A program made the position numbers and the translations under genes. Under the pieces are notes generated by a model. It saw only the letters and a list, made by a program, of their open reading frames with translations, was not told the DNA's origin and searched no databases. From Candidatus Velthaea sp. (GTDB taxonomy: Bacteria; Vulcanimicrobiota; Vulcanimicrobiia; Vulcanimicrobiales; Vulcanimicrobiaceae), in NCBI GenBank assembly GCA_050012475.1, contig JBEKHC010000112.1, positions 1 to 27,854 on the forward strand: 27,854 bases of DNA, read 5' to 3'. How positions within the stretch are numbered: the stretch's first letter is position 1; each line of letters opens with the position of its first letter. Shown here piece after piece: positions 1 through 7,932 of this stretch.

Positions 1-1224
1 CCCCTGCTCACGATCGCGCTGATCGACATTGATGAGTTCAAGGCGCTCAACGACCGCAAAGGACACGTCACCGGTGACCGGGTGCTCACGTCGCTGGCGC
101 AGCTCTTGCGCTCGACGGGCATCGCCTCGACGCCCTATCGCCTGGGCGGCGACGAATTCGCGCTCGCCTTTCTCGGCTTGCAGCCCAATGTCGCTCGACA
201 GTGCGTCGAACGCCTGCGCGCCGCGATCGAAGCCGAGCTGGGCGGCACGACGGTGAGCATCGGCCTCGCGACGTCGGACCGGGAAAATTCCGACCTCATG
301 CTGCTGCGCGACGAGGCGGACACGGCGTTGTACGAAGCAAAACGCCGCGGCCGCAACACCGTCGTCATGTTCGATGAAATCCGCGAAGAAGCCGCGATGT
401 TCTTGCCGTCCCGCGTCGCCGAGGTCCGCGATCTCATCGGCGGATCCGGCATGGGCGTCGCATTCCAGCCGATCTGGGATCTGGGCGCGCGGCGCGTCAT
501 CGGCTATGAAGCGCTGGCACGGCCGGCGGGCGACAATCCGGTCAATACGCAAGACGCTTTCGACATCGCCGAACGGTTGGGCAAAGCTCACGACCTCGAC
601 CGCATCTGCCGCAACGCGGTCCTCGAACAAGCGCGCCTGCTCCCGCCCGACGCGCTGCTCTTCGTCAACGTTTCACCGCAATCGCTCGATCACGAAGAAT
701 TTCGCGGAACGGCGCTCATCGACGCCGTGAAAGCCGTCGGCTTCACTCCCGATCGCGTCGTTTTGGAGATCACGGAGCGTTCGCTGGCGCGGCTGCCGGT
801 CGTCATTCGCGAGGCCAAACGGTTGCGCTCGCTGGGCTTTGCGCTGGCCCTTGACGACGCCGGGTCGGGGAATTCGGGTCTCGAGATGCTCAGCCAACTC
901 GCGGTCGACTTCGTCAAGATCGATCGCGAAGTCATCGTGCGGGCGCAGTCCGACTTGGGCGGGCGCGCGGTTCTGGCGGGGATCATCGCGATCGCGCAAG
1001 AGATGCACGCCCAGATCATCGCCGAGGGAATCGAGGACGCGTCGATGCTGGATCTGGTGCGCAATGCGACCCGCTGGTCGACGATCTCGAGCGCCGTGCA
1101 GGGCTATTATCTTGGGCGGCCCAGCGAACATTTCGTCGATGCCGTCGCCCTAGCGTGCGTCGAAGAACGGCTGGGGCCGGACACACCAGAGCAAACGACG
1201 ACGGCGGCCGTTGCGCGAACGTAG
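1..1224 (+). CDS. Diguanylate cyclase/phosphodiesterase (GGDEF + EAL), 5' end outside window
   Basis: Frame 1 is open from base 1 (LLTIALIDIDEFKALNDRKGHVTGDRVL). Motifs RLGGDEF, ADTALYEAKRRGRN, FQPI, YEALAR, FVNVS, LEITE, ALDDAGSG, VKID, IAEGIE and QGYY are all present. Confidence 0.95.
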   Translation, partial: PLLTIALIDIDEFKALNDRKGHVTGDRVLTSLAQLLRSTGIASTPYRLGGDEFALAFLGLQPNVARQCVERLRAAIEAELGGTTVSIGLATSDRENSDLMLLRDEADTALYEAKRRGRNTVVMFDEIREEAAMFLPSRVAEVRDLIGGSGMGVAFQPIWDLGARRVIGYEALARPAGDNPVNTQDAFDIAERLGKAHDLDRICRNAVLEQARLLPPDALLFVNVSPQSLDHEEFRGTALIDAVKAVGFTPDRVVLEITERSLARLPVVIREAKRLRSLGFALALDDAGSGNSGLEMLSQLAVDFVKIDREVIVRAQSDLGGRAVLAGIIAIAQEMHAQIIAEGIEDASMLDLVRNATRWSTISSAVQGYYLGRPSEHFVDAVALACVEERLGPDTPEQTTTAAVART

Positions 1225-1225
1225 T

Positions 1226-1247
1226 GGATTGCGCTTACGCGCGATCC
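1226..1247. terminator. Hairpin between convergent genes, possible bidirectional terminator
   Basis: GGATTGCGC-TTAC-GCGCGATCC, a 9-bp stem with one G-T pair, fills the 24-nt gap between convergent stops at 1224 and 1249. No clear U tract. Confidence 0.45.
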
Positions 1248-1248
1248 T

Positions 1249-2103
1249 TCAGAGCGGCAGTTCGGCTTCGTGCTGCGCGTAGCTGCGGGCGTCGAAATAC
1301 CACGCGGGCAACGTTGCCGGGAATGTGATGTCGGTGTAGGTGTAGTCCACGACCTTACCGTCGCCGTCGTAACCGTCACCGACGATGCCGTGGATCGCGG
1401 TGACGATCGGGACGCCCTGCAGCATCGCAATTTTGATGTCGAAGAGCGCGCTGTAAATCTTGTTCGCGCCTTCGTCGAATAACCGGTCGTGGGTGATGAG
1501 CCGCACGAGCTCGAGCGAATCCTTGTCGACGTAGACTTCGCGCAGCCGATTCCGCTCGGGATCGCGAATCGGCCGCAGGGTTAGGTGGTCGAGATTGCCT
1601 TCGACGGCGACCTTGTCCACGTAGTAGTCGTATTCGCCCGTGACGGTGACGCTGCCGATCTGTTTGTACTGCGTCGCCAGCGGTTCGGGGGTCGGGACTT
1701 CGGTAACGGGCCGCGGCTTGGGCGGCGCGGGCTCGAACAAATCCGCGGTCGGCGGTCCGGGATCGCGATCTTCGTTGAACGCCGGACGCATGAATTCGGG
1801 AAATCCCATCGCCGGAGCGATCAGCACTTTGCGCCCCAGCGCAGCACGGTCGAGATTCCGCACCCAGATATGATACGTATAGCTCTCGGCATAGTCCGGA
1901 AAGCCGCGATCGGTATTCTGTTTGCGCGTCATCGTGTAAATGATGTAGGGCGGCGGCGGACGATGCGAGCGAAATTTCGCGCGGATGAGACCGAGCAGCC
2001 GCTGCGGCGACGGGGTGTACGTCGGGGCCGGTGTCGCCAGCGGTGCCGGGGTAACGAGCGCCAAGAATGCGGCGAGAGCGACGCTGAAGGCGGAGGCGAT
2101 CAT
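1249..2103 (-). CDS. Exported hypothetical protein (signal peptide, Pro/Thr linker; C-terminal part loosely LolA/sorting-protein-like)
   Basis: ATG at 2103 overlaps the DUF192 stop (ATGA). It gives MIASAFSVALAAFLALVTPAPLATPAP..., a hydrophobic leader followed by normal globular composition. The longer ORF-track start at 2406 overlaps DUF192. Confidence 0.8.
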   Translation of the reverse strand: MIASAFSVALAAFLALVTPAPLATPAPTYTPSPQRLLGLIRAKFRSHRPPPPYIIYTMTRKQNTDRGFPDYAESYTYHIWVRNLDRAALGRKVLIAPAMGFPEFMRPAFNEDRDPGPPTADLFEPAPPKPRPVTEVPTPEPLATQYKQIGSVTVTGEYDYYVDKVAVEGNLDHLTLRPIRDPERNRLREVYVDKDSLELVRLITHDRLFDEGANKIYSALFDIKIAMLQGVPIVTAIHGIVGDGYDGDGKVVDYTYTDITFPATLPAWYFDARSYAQHEAELPL

Positions 2104-2627
2104 GGCTGAGCCGTTAACGCGGGCAGCGCGAGTTTCGTCCCGCGCACGATGCCGTGGCGCGCGGCGTCGCCGGCCCCAAGCTCGATGACGAATTGTCCGT
2201 AGCCGCTTCGCCGAGCGACCGCGTAATCGGGCGTTCCGTTGGGCGTCGGCGGCACGCGGGGGGCAACCGCCGTGACGGTGCCCGCCGCATCGACGAACAC
2301 CATGTCGAGCGCGACGAGTGTATTTTTCATCCAAAACGACTGCGGGCGATCGGGCGGCGCAAAGACGAAGATCATCCCTTTCCCGGGCGGAATTCGGACG
2401 ACGCACATCAAGCCGCGCTCGCGCGCCGCTTCGTCATCGACGGGAACGAGCGAAAGTTTGCCGCGCGGCGCGTGCACCGCGAACGCCGCGGAGCCCAGGA
2501 AGTGCGCGGTGGCGTTCGCCGCCGCCGGACAGTCGTCGCTCGTGGTCGCCGGCGGCGTCGGGGCCGGCGTTTGCGCGCTGACGGCGAGCGCGACGGTCAA
2601 AGCGACGTAGACGTTCGTAGGCCGCAT
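2100..2627 (-). CDS. DUF192 family protein with signal peptide
   Basis: Motifs RERGLM, GMIFVF, FWMKNT-x-x-ALDMVF and FVIEL-x-AG are typical of DUF192. Start is MRPTNVYVALTVALAVSAQ (ATG 2627, or GTG 2630). Confidence 0.9.
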   Translation of the reverse strand: MRPTNVYVALTVALAVSAQTPAPTPPATTSDDCPAAANATAHFLGSAAFAVHAPRGKLSLVPVDDEAARERGLMCVVRIPPGKGMIFVFAPPDRPQSFWMKNTLVALDMVFVDAAGTVTAVAPRVPPTPNGTPDYAVARRSGYGQFVIELGAGDAARHGIVRGTKLALPALTAQP

Positions 2628-2767
2628 CACGGCGTCTTTTTCGTGACCGTCGGGAGTCGTCCGCCTTCGCGCCGCCCTCTGATCGACCGGCGCGACGACC
2701 GCGTCGGCCGATAACGGCGGCCTGGCTGCCAGCGCCGCCGGCCCATTCCGGCGGACAGCCGGCGGCG

Positions 2768-3196
2768 TTATTCCGGCGCGGCCGGCGCCGCCGGCAGCAG
2801 CAGCTTCGCATCGAGCGCGCGAGCGACATCGTTTTGCAGCGCGTCGAGGTGCGCGCGCGTCTGCTCGTCGAGATTCGAGCGGCGCTGCAACCCATGGACG
2901 CCGGCGGCCAACCGGCGCAGTTCGTAGCGCGCCAGCGCCTGCGCATCGTACGGCGTGCCCGGATACGGAGCAACCGTCAAACGGGCCAGTAACCGGGTGT
3001 AGTTGCGCTGCAGGTTGCGGCGGAGTTGCGTCTGCGGAAGCGCCCCCGGCCGCAGATCGCCGTACACGCTCGCACGCGTCCAATCGAAGAGGTCGGCGAG
3101 GGTCATCGTTTTGACGGTTCCGGCTTTGAACGGCAAATCGGCCAGCCGCTGCAAGACCAGCGGCGAAAACATGTAAGCTAAGGCCCGGTTTTGAAA
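2768..3196 (-). pseudogene. Orphan C-terminal fragment resembling the tail of large zinc-dependent metalloproteases (DUF4953/EcxA-like)
   Basis: ORF 2768..3172 carries TMTLADLF...VYGDL...RRNLQRNY...DAQALARYEL...TRAHL, which I recognise from the C-terminus of this family. Protein-like sequence continues in frame upstream of the ATG (FQNRALAY, to 3196). No HExxH domain is present. Confidence 0.6.
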
Positions 3197-3250
3197 CGAC
3201 CCGCCGGCGGGCGACTCGCTCTTCGCGGCACCGGCTTGCCGAAACCGAGG

Positions 3251-3982
3251 CTACTGACTCACGAGGGTTAAGGTCGCCGAATCGAGATCGTACTCGCCCG
3301 GTCCGACGAGGCTGTTCGGCGCGGCGCAGATCACGCTGTTGTCGGGACCGAAGATAACGACGAGATCGGGCGGTCCGCACGGCGTCTGCGTCAACTGGTA
3401 GTTCTCGAGCAGCGCTGCTCCGGGGCTTCCCGGCGCCACCTGATACGACGGGTAAAGCGCGCCGTTGGTAGGATCGGTGAACGCGCCGAATGCAGCGGCG
3501 CCGAGTGCGGCGACCGCCGCGCCGAACGCGAACGGTCCCCAGAAACCGCCGCCCCAGTACGCGGGAGCCGGCGCCCAAGTGACGCCGCGATTCCATTCCC
3601 AAGCCCGTTGCCCGCGCCGAGCGGGGTTGGTGACGACCGTTTGCCGGCGGCCGCCGTTCGCCGGTGGGCCGGCGACCGGGGGCCGAGCGATCGCGGGCGG
3701 ACGCGCATTGCTGGGCGGCCGGGCGATGGTGACCGGCGCGCGGCCATTCCCGGGACCGCCGGGTGCGGCAGGCCGAGCCGCCGGCGCTTGAAGGTCGTGC
3801 TGGAAGTTGAACCCGCCCGACTGCCGCCCCGGCCCGGGCGCCGCGCCAGCATGCGGACTGCTCGCCGCCGGCCGTCCGCCGCCGTGGGCGTTTCCGCCGC
3901 CGCGGCCCTGCGCATCCGCGCGAAGCGGCGTGATGAGCGCGAAGGTAAGCGCAAGTCCGAGGGCGCGCATGCTCATTCTCAT
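3251..3982 (-). CDS. Exported Gly/Pro-rich hypothetical protein
   Basis: Signal peptide (MRALGLALTFALITPLRADAQ), low-complexity G/P/R region, Trp-rich segment (WEWNRGVTWAPAPAYWGGGFWG) and a C-terminal domain with two Cys. ATGA overlap with the upstream gene. Confidence 0.8.
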   Translation of the reverse strand: MRMSMRALGLALTFALITPLRADAQGRGGGNAHGGGRPAASSPHAGAAPGPGRQSGGFNFQHDLQAPAARPAAPGGPGNGRAPVTIARPPSNARPPAIARPPVAGPPANGGRRQTVVTNPARRGQRAWEWNRGVTWAPAPAYWGGGFWGPFAFGAAVAALGAAAFGAFTDPTNGALYPSYQVAPGSPGAALLENYQLTQTPCGPPDLVVIFGPDNSVICAAPNSLVGPGEYDLDSATLTLVSQ

Positions 3983-4428
3983 GCGCCGAACCGATCCACG
4001 GTGCCGCTGATCGTGATGTACGTCCCGTGCGCGGTCAACACCAGCAACAGCAAACCGTGCGGGGGAACCTGCCGCGACGAGAAGGGCAGCCGCTGCAGGC
4101 TCCCGGTGCGGTTGAGATATTCCGTCCCGCGCGAGAACGCGATCGCGCGCTTCTTTCCATCCTGGTCGAGGACGATGTTGTAGGGCAGGCAGCGCTCGAG
4201 TTCACCGACGTACGAACAAGCCGCCTTGCCGACGACGAGCGTTCCGCGCCGGTCGTCGGACGTGATGCGCACGGCGTGATGGTCGACGACCACGAGCGAT
4301 ACGCGATAGATGCGGACCACGCCGTCGTTTTGCTCGACCCGCGCGATCCCTTTGGCCTCCGACGCTCCTGCGCCGGCAAACGTCAAGACCATCGTCAACG
4401 CCGCAGCGCTTCGAAAGATCGGATTCAA
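3979..4428 (-). CDS. Exported hypothetical protein
   Basis: TTG start, signal peptide (MNPIFRSAAALTMVLTFAGAGASEA), beta-rich body with a Cys pair (ACSYVGELERC). Stop overlaps the next start. Confidence 0.75.
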   Translation of the reverse strand: MNPIFRSAAALTMVLTFAGAGASEAKGIARVEQNDGVVRIYRVSLVVVDHHAVRITSDDRRGTLVVGKAACSYVGELERCLPYNIVLDQDGKKRAIAFSRGTEYLNRTGSLQRLPFSSRQVPPHGLLLLVLTAHGTYITISGTVDRFGA

Positions 4429-4545
4429 CGGGGACTCTTTTCTGCGCGAGCTCCAGCAGCCGAATCGGTTACTACGCGCGAGAAGTAAAGCGAAGTTTCC
4501 TGTGACCGTACTGTGAAACGCCGCGCTTACGTGATGCGCACGTTC

Positions 4546-5079
4546 TCAGCGAAAGCGGACGCGGACGCGGACGGGGCCATAGCCGCCGCGATAGCCATAG
4601 TACGGGCGGAACCATCGGCCGTACCCGTAGCGGTAGTACGGTCCGAACCCGAAATACAGCGACGCCGAGTAGTAGGGTGCCGGATAGTACACCGGGGCCG
4701 GATAGTAGGCGGGAACCGGCACGGGATACGCGGTCTGCGGAGCCGATGCGTCGCCGGCGTAGGACTGACCGTGCGTCGCAATGCGCGTAGCGAGGAACGT
4801 CGAACCCGCGGCCGCGCCTTGGATCGTGACCCGCTCGCCGGGCACCAGCCGTACGCCGGACCCGGAAACGGCTGCGCCGCGGCGCAACGTGACATCGTCG
4901 GTGTAACCGCGGTCGTCCGCGACCAGGAGGTGGTCGACGCTTTCAACCGACGAGATGGTACCGCGAATCGTCTCACTGCGGGAAGCGTAGCTCGGCGTCT
5001 GCGCGCCTGCAGCGAGCGGCAGCGTGCAAGCTGCGGCGAATATCAGGCCGGCCGGGATTGGCGAGAACGCACGGATCAT
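4546..5079 (-). CDS. Exported hypothetical protein with small beta-barrel-like domain and Tyr/Gly/Pro-rich tail
   Basis: GAGGA RBS 7 nt before ATG 5079. Signal peptide ends ...AAGA-QTP. Core is ETIRGTISSV...DDRGYTDDVTL...PGERVTIQG; tail is YYPAPVYYPAPYY...GYGRWF. Confidence 0.8.
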   Translation of the reverse strand: MIRAFSPIPAGLIFAAACTLPLAAGAQTPSYASRSETIRGTISSVESVDHLLVADDRGYTDDVTLRRGAAVSGSGVRLVPGERVTIQGAAAGSTFLATRIATHGQSYAGDASAPQTAYPVPVPAYYPAPVYYPAPYYSASLYFGFGPYYRYGYGRWFRPYYGYRGGYGPVRVRVRFR

Positions 5080-5283
5080 GTCAGTTTCCTCGGAGAGACT
5101 CACCTTAAATAACGTTCGCTCAAGCTGGGAAGATGCGGGGAACGCGGGGCCGATGGGCCCGGGAATATTCGCCGCAATGCCGGCGCGAAAAGCGGAAAGG
5201 AACGCTGACATGTTGCCCACGTCCGGCCCCGTTCGGCTCAGCGATCCGCGGCCGGAATGGAGAACAGCGGGCATGAAGCGCCG

Positions 5284-7932
5284 CTACGCCGACGCTTCCT
5301 CGAGATCGAACGACTCGATTTCGTAGAGGTTGCGACCCGCTTTGAGCGTGACTTCGATCGGGACGGACAGTTCCAACGCATGCTCCATCTCGTACTTCAC
5401 CATCCGGCTGAACGCATCGAGCTGCGCGCGCGGAATCTCGAACACCAGCTCGTCGTGAATCTGCAGCGTCATCACCGCGTCGAACGCGTCGCTCGCGGTG
5501 CGGCGATCGAGCCGGACCATCGCGAGTTTCATGAGATCGGCGGCGCTGCCTTGCAGCGGCGCGTTGGTGGCCTCGCGTTCGGCGGCGGCGCGCAACCCGT
5601 AATTCTTCGCGCGCAGATCGGGCATGTAGCGGCGTCGCCCGAGCAGCGTCGAGACGTAGCCGCGTTCGCGGCCTTCTTCCAAGCAGCGTTCGATGTAGGC
5701 GCGGACGGCCGGGAAGCGGTCGAAGTACGCCGTCGTGATCGCACGCGCTTCGCCGCGGTCGATCTCCAAGCGCTGCGCGAGTCCGAAATCCGACATGCCG
5801 TACAGCAAGCCGAAATTGACCGACTTGGCCATCCGGCGCTGATTGCCGGTGACGTCGGCGAATGGCCCGATCTCGAAGATCTTGCGCGCGGTGAAGTCGT
5901 GGATATCCTGATGCTCGTGAAAGGCCGTGCGCATCGCTTCGTCGCCCGAGAGGTGCGCCATCAGGCGCAGTTCGATTTGCGAGTAATCGGCTGCGAGCAA
6001 CACCCGGTCGTCCGAGGGCGCCACGAACGAGCGCCGGATTTGGCGGCCGATGTCGCTGCGCACCGGGATGTTCTGCAGGTTCGGATTGACCGAAGAAAGC
6101 CGGCCGGTCGCCGTCGTCGTCTGATTGAAGATCGTGTGCAGCCGGTCGTCGCGCGGATCGATCAGCGTCGGCAGCACGTCGATGTAGGTGTTTTTGAGTT
6201 TGGACACTTCGCGGTATTCGAGCACCTTCGCCGCGACCGGGAAGCTGCGCGCAAGCCCCTGCAGCACTTCGACGCCGGTTGCATAGCCGGTCTTGTTTTG
6301 CCGTCCGGCCGGCAGCCCGAGCTTGTCGAAGAGGATGCGGCCCAGCTGCTGCGGCGAACCGATGTTGAACGTCTCGCCGGCCAGCGCGTAAATTTCATCT
6401 TGCAAGCGGCTCACGCCGGCATCGACGCTCACCGCCAGCCGGCGCAATTCGTCGACGTCGAGCTTGACGCCGGCGCGCTCCATCTTCGCCAGCACGACGG
6501 TCAAGGGAACCTCGACGTCCGTATACAGCGCGAGCTGTTCGCGCGCTTCGAGTTCGGCTCGCGTCACCTTCGCCAAGCGTCCGGCGGCGTCGGCGGCCGC
6601 GGCGGCATCGTCGGCCGGCACCTCGCGCCGCAGCCATTCGCGGGCGGCATCGCCGATGTCGGTATACGCGCGCGACGGGTTGAGGACGTGCGCGCCGACC
6701 ATCGGATCGTCCGCGATGACGCGCGGCGGAACGTCGAGCGCGGCGATCGCCGCTTTCGCGTCGTACACGACGAGTTGCGGAACCGTCGACCAGAGCTGGG
6801 CGAACGCGGCGCCGATCGCCGGCTGCGCGAGCGCGCTGCGCAAGAATCCGACGCCGATTTCGTCGCCGGTCGAAAACCCGATCGCGTCGCCGCGCAAAGC
6901 CAGCGCGACGCGCGGGGCTTGCGCGGCGGCGGCAAGGCGTTCGGCCAAGCGGGCGAAATCCGGCGGATCGGTCGCCGCGACGAACGAGCTGTGGTTGCCG
7001 GCCAGCTCTTCTTCGATCGGCACGCTGACGGGCGTCGAGGGCGGCTCGAGCCGGTTGAGCAGCGTCTTGAATTCCAATTCGCGATAGAGCCGATAGAGCG
7101 CATCGCTCGAAGGCGGCTTGTAGGCGGCCTGCTCCCAATCGAGCGTGAGCGGCAAATCGCGGTCGATCAGCGATACGTCGCGGCAGACCCGCGCCTGCTC
7201 GCCGTAGTCGACCACGAGTTTCTCGAGCTTGGCTGAGCCCGCCAGCGCCGGATCGGCTAGGAGCGCGTCGAGCGAACCGGCGTTTTTGATGAGTTTGATC
7301 GCGGTTTTCTCGCCAACGCCGGGGATGCCCGGCAGATTGTCGGAGGGGTCGCCCTTGAGACCGCGATAGTCGGGGAGCTGCCGCGGGTCCAGCTCGAAAC
7401 GTGCCCGGACCGCGGCGACGTCGTACCGGCCGAGGTCGGTGATGCCGCGTCGCGTGGTGAGCACCGTCGTGTGCTCGTCGACGATCTGCAGCAAATCCAG
7501 ATCGCCGGTCACCACCGCCACGTCCTGCTGCGCGCCTTCGGCTTGGCGCGCGAGCGTTGCGATCACATCGTCAGCTTCTTCACCATCGATTTCGACGATC
7601 GGAATGTCGTAGCAGGCCAGGATCTTGCGCACCAGCGCGAACTGCGAGCGCAGATCGTCGGGCGTTTCCTGCCGCTGCGCCTTATATTCGGCGTAGCGCG
7701 CAATCCGCGCGCGCGGCAACCCCTTGTCGAAAGCCGCGATTACGTGCGTGGGCTTCTCATCGCCGATGATTTTGGTGAGCATCATGGTGAAGCCGTAAGC
7801 GGCGTTGATCGGGACGCCTTGCGTCGTGGTCAGCATCGGCAGCGCGAAGAACGCCCGATATACCAGGCCGTACGTGTCGATGAGCATGAGCTTCGCGCTG
7901 CCCGGCGCGAGCATCGAAAGTTGGCTGTTCAT
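5284..7932 (-). CDS. polA: DNA polymerase I
   Basis: 5'-3' exonuclease motifs (LID...YRAFFALP, YKAQR, EADDVIATL, GDPSDNLPGIPGVGEKTA) and polymerase motifs (TGRLSS-x-NPNLQNIP, ADYSQIELR, AKSVNFGLLYG, QGSAAD, QIHDELVFE). Confidence 0.98.
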   Translation of the reverse strand: MNSQLSMLAPGSAKLMLIDTYGLVYRAFFALPMLTTTQGVPINAAYGFTMMLTKIIGDEKPTHVIAAFDKGLPRARIARYAEYKAQRQETPDDLRSQFALVRKILACYDIPIVEIDGEEADDVIATLARQAEGAQQDVAVVTGDLDLLQIVDEHTTVLTTRRGITDLGRYDVAAVRARFELDPRQLPDYRGLKGDPSDNLPGIPGVGEKTAIKLIKNAGSLDALLADPALAGSAKLEKLVVDYGEQARVCRDVSLIDRDLPLTLDWEQAAYKPPSSDALYRLYRELEFKTLLNRLEPPSTPVSVPIEEELAGNHSSFVAATDPPDFARLAERLAAAAQAPRVALALRGDAIGFSTGDEIGVGFLRSALAQPAIGAAFAQLWSTVPQLVVYDAKAAIAALDVPPRVIADDPMVGAHVLNPSRAYTDIGDAAREWLRREVPADDAAAAADAAGRLAKVTRAELEAREQLALYTDVEVPLTVVLAKMERAGVKLDVDELRRLAVSVDAGVSRLQDEIYALAGETFNIGSPQQLGRILFDKLGLPAGRQNKTGYATGVEVLQGLARSFPVAAKVLEYREVSKLKNTYIDVLPTLIDPRDDRLHTIFNQTTTATGRLSSVNPNLQNIPVRSDIGRQIRRSFVAPSDDRVLLAADYSQIELRLMAHLSGDEAMRTAFHEHQDIHDFTARKIFEIGPFADVTGNQRRMAKSVNFGLLYGMSDFGLAQRLEIDRGEARAITTAYFDRFPAVRAYIERCLEEGRERGYVSTLLGRRRYMPDLRAKNYGLRAAAEREATNAPLQGSAADLMKLAMVRLDRRTASDAFDAVMTLQIHDELVFEIPRAQLDAFSRMVKYEMEHALELSVPIEVTLKAGRNLYEIESFDLEEASA

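Noticed and set aside
2768..3982. Stop-codon readthrough fusing the 243 aa protein to the protease-tail fragment
   Set aside because: TAG 3253-3251 is in frame with the fragment, but that has a one-in-three chance and there is no recoding signal or pyl machinery in view.
4473..4500. ECF-sigma promoter GGAAAC...CGTA on the minus strand
   Set aside because: The spacing of 18 nt is longer than the usual 16-17, and there is no second instance in the window.
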